From: a virus
Strand: one strand, 5' to 3'
Virus record (IMG/VR): IMGVR_UViG_3300025164_000611
DNA: 40,577 bases
Shown here: positions 35,039 through 40,577 of the stretch, in pieces
How positions within the stretch are numbered: the first letter of the stretch is position 1
How the letters are laid out: every line of letters begins with the position of its first letter
Program-made: the position numbers and the translations under genes
The notes under the pieces: generated by a model
The model's input: only the letters and a program-made list of their open reading frames with translations
Database searches by the model: none
Told to the model about the DNA's origin: nothing

Positions 35039-35067
35039 AATATAACGCACCCGGCCCCCCGTGTCAA
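35039..35067 (-). promoter_or_regulatory. Near-consensus sigma70-type promoter
   Basis: TTGACA (35067-35062), 17-nt spacer, TATATT (35044-35039), in an intergenic region facing the downstream - strand genes. Confidence 0.8.
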
Positions 35068-35107
35068 GGGTCACGTTGGCGAATGAAACTCACCATTTTT
35101 ATACTCA

Positions 35108-35608
35108 TTATTTACCTCCTGGCTCATCTTCTTCTTCTGTGAAAGCTAGAACAGATAAATCATTGAGTAATGTAATCCGCTGAATGTCTGGAATTAATGA
35201 TATTGAAAAGGCTAAGTCCTGCACCGCGGATTCCATTACCCTTTTCCAATTCTCATTCAATGTAGCACGAAACTTTGGCGCTTCTCCATCTTCGAATAAT
35301 CTATTAATTACTTGTACATGTTCCTCTGCCATTGGTGCTAATGAAATATGAAGTAACTCATGAATTATACTTAAACGTCTATTAGACTCATTACTATCAA
35401 GCCAATGACCAAAAATTGTTATATTTGTCCAGCGATAGTGTTCATTCGTCTCCGAGCTACCCTCAGCCCAATAGTTATCAGTTTTTGATACACCATATCC
35501 TAGATGTAATACTCTAATCCAAGGTGGGACTAACCATAAGTAGTTTAATAATATCGGACGCACAACATTACGAACTTCTGGTGGAAAGAAACCCCATCTT
35601 ATAATCAT
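35108..35608 (-). CDS. HEXXH zinc metallopeptidase-like protein
   Basis: RRLSIIHELLHI. Confidence 0.6.
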   Translation of the reverse strand: MIIRWGFFPPEVRNVVRPILLNYLWLVPPWIRVLHLGYGVSKTDNYWAEGSSETNEHYRWTNITIFGHWLDSNESNRRLSIIHELLHISLAPMAEEHVQVINRLFEDGEAPKFRATLNENWKRVMESAVQDLAFSISLIPDIQRITLLNDLSVLAFTEEEDEPGGK

Positions 35609-35610
35609 AT

Positions 35611-35949
35611 TTATTCCTCTACAAGTTTTCCTGTATTAGCTTCTACTTGAAAACAACGATCATCCCATAATTCTACCATACCAAAGTCTTTGATATTAGT
35701 TACTTCTAATCTTATACCTATATGTTTCTCACACCAATCTTGAATAATTGTTTTAATTTCCTCTACTGATTTACCATCCTGGTCCTCACAAATTCGAGCT
35801 GTGAATATTTTAACATCATTACCATCTGATAACCAACCAATTACTCTATCAACCATTAATGGAATAGGATCTCCAATATGGTCTATTCCTTTCCAACCAT
35901 AATATTCAGCTAGAGTACCATCCAAATCCACACCTATCCAAGGTTTCAT
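35611..35949 (-). CDS. HAD-superfamily phosphatase (PNKP 3'-phosphatase-like)
   Basis: WIGVDLDGTL, IFTAR, WDDR motifs. Confidence 0.8.
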   Translation of the reverse strand: MKPWIGVDLDGTLAEYYGWKGIDHIGDPIPLMVDRVIGWLSDGNDVKIFTARICEDQDGKSVEEIKTIIQDWCEKHIGIRLEVTNIKDFGMVELWDDRCFQVEANTGKLVEE

Positions 35950-35952
35950 TTT

Positions 35953-36195
35953 TCATTCCTCTCTAAATGATATATGAAGTTTGGCTATAGAAGCCATTTC
36001 AATAACAGTAGATAGATTGAAAGATTGTAATAGACCATCAGTGAGCCTTATACTATTATTTATAGCATTACTTTCACTAATCTTTAAATAAAAATAATCA
36101 TTGGTGCCAGAAATATACCTAAATACGTCTAATACTTTAAGATCTCTAAAGCATATCATATTCTTCTTTTGTGATTCAACATGAATAGTTAACAT
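35953..36195 (-). CDS. Small beta protein (paralogue of 34414..34650)
   Basis: FRDLK..DVF...YLKI...NSI....G...SFN..TVI. Confidence 0.55.
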   Translation of the reverse strand: MLTIHVESQKKNMICFRDLKVLDVFRYISGTNDYFYLKISESNAINNSIRLTDGLLQSFNLSTVIEMASIAKLHISFREE

Positions 36196-36196
36196 T

Positions 36197-36538
36197 TTAT
36201 TTCATCTCCTCTTCAAATGGGTTCCTTATTTTTCGTATTTCTTCCAAAGAATGATCTACATAGGACAATGGAACATCGAATGCAATTTTAACTGCACTCT
36301 CTAGTTTTCCTATTTCTTCAATAGTTTCATCAATCCTCCAATTCTCTTTTAACTTTCCAATTTTCTTATCTACTTTATCTGTCATCTGTCCACACAATCT
36401 CTCAAATTCTTCCAATTTCTTTTTCAATTTTTTGATACGTTCAATGGAGAAAGCAATTTTAGTTTCCTCAGTCCAATTGCTTTGACCAGCTAACTGAGAA
36501 TCTAATACTTCTTTCTTTAGCTCATCAAACTCACTCAT
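36197..36538 (-). CDS. Coiled-coil hypothetical protein
   Basis: Heptad-rich sequence; AGGAG RBS. Confidence 0.55.
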   Translation of the reverse strand: MSEFDELKKEVLDSQLAGQSNWTEETKIAFSIERIKKLKKKLEEFERLCGQMTDKVDKKIGKLKENWRIDETIEEIGKLESAVKIAFDVPLSYVDHSLEEIRKIRNPFEEEMK

Positions 36539-38761
36539 CTATTCTCCTCTCACTTTCTTATTGAAGGAATCCCTAAGTCTTTCAATGATCTTGTTAGTAA
36601 TATTAGCTTCAATATCTTTGCCTTCAACAACCTTGTCAATTGTATTCTGCTTTATCCCTTGCAATTCGGTGATCCATTCCTCAATAGAATCATTCATAGT
36701 GAGGTACATAGAATCTCCACCGTGCATATCAGATTCACGATAGAATGCTCTACCCTCACATTGAATATGAGCAGCAGGATTCCAAAATAGATCATTGAAC
36801 ATAACTACACCAGCTTTAGTTATATCCAATCCTTCCCTAGCACTACCTTCTGTAGCAACTAAGAATCTAATGCTTGGATCACTATGGAATTGTTCCACAA
36901 CCTTCATTCTATCTTCCATTTTCATCGTGATAAAACCACCATCAGTCCTAGTCACGAATGTAATGGCTTCATTACCTAACTTTCGTGCTATAGTATTAGC
37001 TGTTCCTCTGAATTTCGTGAATATGAGAATCCCATTCCACTTTTCTTCTTCTATTGAATCTGCGATCTCTACTGCTCTCTCAACGGTATGATCTACCTTA
37101 TCGGCTGCACATACCTTAATCATAGCATTAATCTTCGGGAGGATGGATCTATATTGCTTTATCCAACCACCTACACCTTGGGAGTCATATGCTGCAAATT
37201 CTTCATAAATACCTTCTAGAATCCTATCGTATATTCTACGTGCTTTCTCTCCCATCTCGAATGTCTCTACAATCCGATTGATGGGGGGTAGATTCTTACT
37301 AATATCTTGCCTCATTCTCTTAATCATGATAGTCTCTAACAGACTACGCAACTTCTTAGCTTCATACGAACCAATACTACGACCAAAGCCATATTGGTTA
37401 AGGAATGTTTCATAATATGGGAATGTCTCAGGATGTAACCAATTTAGAACAGACCACAATTCTCCCGGCCTATTCATAATTGGAGTACCTGACATTGCCA
37501 TCTTCATTGTATCTTTATTCCCCAACTGGCGTAGTGCCTTAGACTGTTGTGATGTTGGATTCCTAACATAGTGTGATTCATCTACTACAATATAATCTGG
37601 ACGATAAAGATTCAATATATCAACCCAAGGATAACGTTCGTTTGATTTGAATATATCATCCTTGGTATTGTCAACCTTCATCTTAGTTCGCAGGATCTCA
37701 TAATTAATCATCACATATTTCGGATGATTGGTCATCAAGTATTTTAAATCTTCTTTAGTTGGTGTTCTACCTGCTAGGATAATAGGTTCTACACCAGTAT
37801 GGTTGATAAGATGTTTCCGCCAATTTGCTCTTACTGATCCAGGAACAACGAAAAGGATTCTTTCTGCTCCTGATCTAATTGCATCAGCTATACTAATAGC
37901 CGTCTTTCCTGTACCAGTACCATATGCAACGATTGTTCTGTGATCTACTAAATCTGAAAATTCTAACGCTACTCTTTGATGTGGACGTAGGTGGAAATCT
38001 GGAAAGTTCTCAAATATAAAATCTACCTCACTATCTTCTGCATCATGAATAGTTGATACCCTAAGTCTCTTCTCAAATTCCTTCTTTACTATCTCTATCA
38101 ATCCCTCTGACCATTCACACAACTTAGACTTTTCCTCTGGATGAATGAGATACAACCTCCAACCTTCACTGAAGGGTACTTCATAATACTTATTCCTCAA
38201 TAGGATTCCGGGGATTGTACTAGAGTTCTCTTTATTCTCATTATTCTCGAATCTCTTAAAGTATCCACTTGGATTGGTAATGGGATTCCATTGAAGGATA
38301 AGATTCTTGTCTCTCTTAGCTATCTTCCAATACGGTTGATAGATGGGATCGAAGTTGATCCACTTAGTATTTGGGAGTGCGTCATTTATCTCTTTTACAA
38401 ACTCATCAAATTTATCAATATGAATTGTTGATATATTGCTATTGATATAATTGTAATTATTGATTATATCAACAACAATTGGATTACCATGCTCAAGAAT
38501 GAATGTAATGTTACCATAATTGAATGATTGAAACTTGATTACTTCTGGTTTCTTCCTTAATTCCTCTTTCTCTTTCTCTTCCTTGATCCTCTTGATCTCT
38601 TTCTTCTTCTCTTGGATCTCTGTTAGTTTCTTTAGTAATTCTGCTTCTTCAAATAATACTTCTTCCTCAATTAAAGGATGTGGATTCTCCGATAGTAACT
38701 GAAGGGGGTTATATTTGGGCTCGTTCTTCTTCTTCAATGATTCGATATATTTATTAAACAT
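36539..38761 (-). CDS. SNF2/SF2 helicase with N-terminal extension
   Basis: GTGTGKT, VVDESH, MSGTPIMNRPGELW, GLDIT, QCEGRAFYR. Likely start is ATG 38761, after GGAG. Confidence 0.9.
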   Translation of the reverse strand: MFNKYIESLKKKNEPKYNPLQLLSENPHPLIEEEVLFEEAELLKKLTEIQEKKKEIKRIKEEKEKEELRKKPEVIKFQSFNYGNITFILEHGNPIVVDIINNYNYINSNISTIHIDKFDEFVKEINDALPNTKWINFDPIYQPYWKIAKRDKNLILQWNPITNPSGYFKRFENNENKENSSTIPGILLRNKYYEVPFSEGWRLYLIHPEEKSKLCEWSEGLIEIVKKEFEKRLRVSTIHDAEDSEVDFIFENFPDFHLRPHQRVALEFSDLVDHRTIVAYGTGTGKTAISIADAIRSGAERILFVVPGSVRANWRKHLINHTGVEPIILAGRTPTKEDLKYLMTNHPKYVMINYEILRTKMKVDNTKDDIFKSNERYPWVDILNLYRPDYIVVDESHYVRNPTSQQSKALRQLGNKDTMKMAMSGTPIMNRPGELWSVLNWLHPETFPYYETFLNQYGFGRSIGSYEAKKLRSLLETIMIKRMRQDISKNLPPINRIVETFEMGEKARRIYDRILEGIYEEFAAYDSQGVGGWIKQYRSILPKINAMIKVCAADKVDHTVERAVEIADSIEEEKWNGILIFTKFRGTANTIARKLGNEAITFVTRTDGGFITMKMEDRMKVVEQFHSDPSIRFLVATEGSAREGLDITKAGVVMFNDLFWNPAAHIQCEGRAFYRESDMHGGDSMYLTMNDSIEEWITELQGIKQNTIDKVVEGKDIEANITNKIIERLRDSFNKKVRGE

Positions 38762-39359
38762 CTGTTTTCTCCACATTAATTTCAATATTCTCAATGCACT
38801 TTTCAAGTGCTTCTCTAATTAAATCATACTCTGGTCGATTGTTTGTATCAACTATTGCATATGAAGTTTTTGTTTCTTTGTGTATAACAACTACTTTTAC
38901 CTCACGGTGTACTGAGATTTTGAAATCGCGTCTCTTGATGTTATGTGGATTATATGCACTTACTTTCCATGTAAATGTTCCTTTCTCTCCCCTGATATAT
39001 TCATGTACTTTGTCTGAGATTATGAGAGGATTGAATAGCTCATCATCATTGTTAATTTTTGGGAGGGATAGGTACCTGAATATACTTCTAACTGCCTTCT
39101 TCAAAACTCTAATAGATGATAATAATGCTTCTCCTACATCCTTATTCTTATCTACCCAAGGTATTGTTAGAGCTATCTGTACAACAGCCCCATTTGTTAT
39201 CCTAGATATTACTGGGTACATTCTAGGTTCAGGGTTTATTAGATTGATACGAAATGTATTCTGATAAATCTTGTATTCATGGGCAATACTATTAGCCCAC
39301 TTATTTATTTGTTCTTCTAGCTCATCTCTAAATCTGGTGGGGTGAATGTACTGTATCAT
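38754..39359 (-). CDS. Hypothetical protein
   Basis: 201-aa ORF with GGAG RBS. Confidence 0.55.
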   Translation of the reverse strand: MIQYIHPTRFRDELEEQINKWANSIAHEYKIYQNTFRINLINPEPRMYPVISRITNGAVVQIALTIPWVDKNKDVGEALLSSIRVLKKAVRSIFRYLSLPKINNDDELFNPLIISDKVHEYIRGEKGTFTWKVSAYNPHNIKRRDFKISVHREVKVVVIHKETKTSYAIVDTNNRPEYDLIREALEKCIENIEINVEKTDV

Positions 39360-39374
39360 ATTAAAAACTCCACT

Positions 39375-39560
39375 TTAGTTAGGAAATGTTTTCTTGTATT
39401 CTTCCATATGAGTATTGTAACATTTGTTGCATACAACAATTCGACCATGTTCTGTCATTATTGATTTTGTATCCTTCCAACTAAAACTCTTTCCGTATTG
39501 ATGTGTGTTCTCTGCTTCAAAGTGTGAATGGTGCTCACATTTACAATTATATTGTTTCAT
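39375..39560 (-). CDS. Small Cys/His-rich protein
   Basis: CKCEHHSH ... VCNKC; GGAGG RBS. Confidence 0.55.
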   Translation of the reverse strand: MKQYNCKCEHHSHFEAENTHQYGKSFSWKDTKSIMTEHGRIVVCNKCYNTHMEEYKKTFPN

Positions 39561-39572
39561 TTTTCCTCCAAT

Positions 39573-39758
39573 TTATTCATCTTCAAACAATGTTAACCTT
39601 CCATCCCAACCTATAGGAATCGCATCTAGTTTTATATCAATCTTCAACTTCTCATTCTCTTGTACATCTATGAATGCTTTTCCTATCACTGGCCATGCAA
39701 ATTGCTTACTTCCACTATCAGCTATCCTCTTTCTGAATGTTACTTTACATGTTCTCAT
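39573..39758 (-). CDS. Small beta protein (paralogue of 30270..30485)
   Basis: VTFRK, IGK and P+GWDG motifs. Confidence 0.6.
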   Translation of the reverse strand: MRTCKVTFRKRIADSGSKQFAWPVIGKAFIDVQENEKLKIDIKLDAIPIGWDGRLTLFEDE

Positions 39759-39973
39759 CGTGGCTCCACACGCATTAGAGGTAGTTGGACCATAAGCCTA
39801 TCAAACTCCTCCTTGACACCGAGCGCCGTGGCAAATCCTATAGCAATCAACGTGACTTTTGTATTGAAATGCCCATCGCTCTGCCAATCCTTCATCAATA
39901 ACAATGCCGTGGCGATGTGCTCTTTCGCGGCTCGGCTGGTTAGATCAATTGTAGGGAGAATAGCTTCCATCAA
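39755..39973 (-). CDS. Hypothetical protein
   Basis: AGGAG RBS; ATGA coupling. Confidence 0.5.
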   Translation of the reverse strand: MMEAILPTIDLTSRAAKEHIATALLLMKDWQSDGHFNTKVTLIAIGFATALGVKEEFDRLMVQLPLMRVEPR

Positions 39974-39998
39974 TAATCTCCTGTTAGAGAATTTAAAA

Positions 39999-40082
39999 TG
40001 CCCTCAAAGGGACTCGAACCCTTATTCTCTTTCGAGATGCAGATTTTAAGTCTGCTGCGTATACCAATTCCGCCATGAGGGC
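39999..40082 (-). tRNA. tRNA-Leu(TAA), CCA not encoded
   Basis: GCCCTCA acceptor; GCAGA-CTTAAAA-TCTGC anticodon arm; long variable arm; AAGGG-TTCGAGT-CCCTT T-arm; A73. Confidence 0.92.
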
Positions 40083-40087
40083 TCATG

Positions 40088-40297
40088 CTACATCATCCCA
40101 CGATTAAAAACATAATTTATACGATAAATTCTCGTTGATCTTTTGCTAGTATAACGTTGTCTAAAAGACTTAGCTGCACGGAGAGAGGAGAACTTTGTAG
40201 CATAGATAACATCTTTTGTGGTTGTACCCCAATCACCAATATATCCCTTATCGAGATCATATAAGACATAGAACCTACCCTTGGTTTTCATTTTCAT
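40088..40297 (-). CDS. Hypothetical protein
   Basis: GAGG RBS; A.KFSSL.AAK.F pattern. Confidence 0.5.
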   Translation of the reverse strand: MKMKTKGRFYVLYDLDKGYIGDWGTTTKDVIYATKFSSLRAAKSFRQRYTSKRSTRIYRINYVFNRGMM

Positions 40298-40386
40298 TCC
40301 TCACTGGTTATTGGATTATTGTAACAAGGAAATTGTTCTAGGGCAGAAAAAGCTCTTTGTGTACATGGAACATCTCCAGTGAAAAA

Positions 40387-40480
40387 TGATCTAGCCAGAG
40401 ATTTGAACTCTGATACTAGGCGTTACCCATATCGGCGGTAACCTTTATAAATACCTAGTAGTCCAAGTTTACTAGTAACC
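40387..40480 (-). ncRNA. Atypical tRNA-like element: T-arm intact, no canonical anticodon loop
   Basis: CAGAG-TTCAAAT-CTCTG T-arm; TACTAGG/CCTAGTA stem enclosing GTTACC/GGTAAC; AAACTTGGAC D-loop-like segment. Confidence 0.35.
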
Positions 40481-40551
40481 TAATAAACTGTCCCAGACCT
40501 AGACCACGTAGCTAACGGGTTGCTTCTAAGTACGTTCTATTTAGCTATCTA

Positions 40552-40577
40552 TGGTCTAACTAGGGAATCGAACCCTA
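40552..40577 (-). tRNA. 3' part (T-arm and acceptor strand) of a tRNA or tRNA-like RNA, truncated by the window edge
   Basis: TAGGG-TTCGATT-CCCTA followed by GTTAGACCA; identity cannot be determined. Confidence 0.6.

Larger units (their letters stand above)
294..40577. mobile_element. Tailed dsDNA phage genome segment (podovirus-like), continuing past the right edge
   Basis: Portal-scaffold-capsid-adaptor-nozzle-ejection gene order on +, replication and early genes on -, dense overlapping start/stop codons. No long tail tube, sheath or tape-measure gene seen. Left boundary is approximate. Confidence 0.93.

Noticed and set aside
21749-40049. + strand ORFs inside the - arm (e.g. 22923..23324, 25256..25733, 28866..29371, 33672..33872, 34067..34336, 36795..37091, 38794..39264, 39505..40049) and the nested - ORF 31310..31501
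   Set aside because: Antisense or alternate-frame shadows of coding genes, with composition typical of reverse-complement frames.
40490-40551. HDV-like theta ribozyme downstream of the partial tRNA
   Set aside because: I could not build the P3/L3/P1.1 double pseudoknot from the sequence.
1-40577. CRISPR array or mini-array to accompany cas7 and the Cas4-like gene
   Set aside because: No regularly spaced 25-40-nt direct repeats were seen by eye. GGGAATGAGGATTGAG at ~1657-1672 faintly resembles a repeat end but occurs only once.

Overview
AT-rich, tailed-phage (podovirus-type) genome segment with two convergent arms that meet at ~21.07 kb. The + arm (0.35-21.1 kb) carries morphogenesis genes: portal, scaffold, HK97-type major capsid, tail adaptor and nozzle, fibres, an M15 endolysin, a GNAT, and ejection proteins, including a lytic transglycosylase and an unusual GHKL-ATPase/HEXXH-peptidase fusion. 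The - arm (21.1-40.6 kb) carries early and replication genes: SNF2 helicase, Cas4-like exonuclease with Sak4 and SSB, a split UDG-PolA, ThyX, MazG-like, GroES-like, an Acb2/Tad1-like protein, tRNA-Leu and several non-canonical tRNA-like elements. The first ~300 nt are different: a type I-B cas7 (Cst2/DevR) fragment joined to the 3' remnant of a phage gene, which may be a capture or integration junction or an assembly chimera. No terminase, integrase, RNA polymerase, clear primase or CRISPR array was recognised. All family assignments come from motifs recognised by eye; no searches were run.
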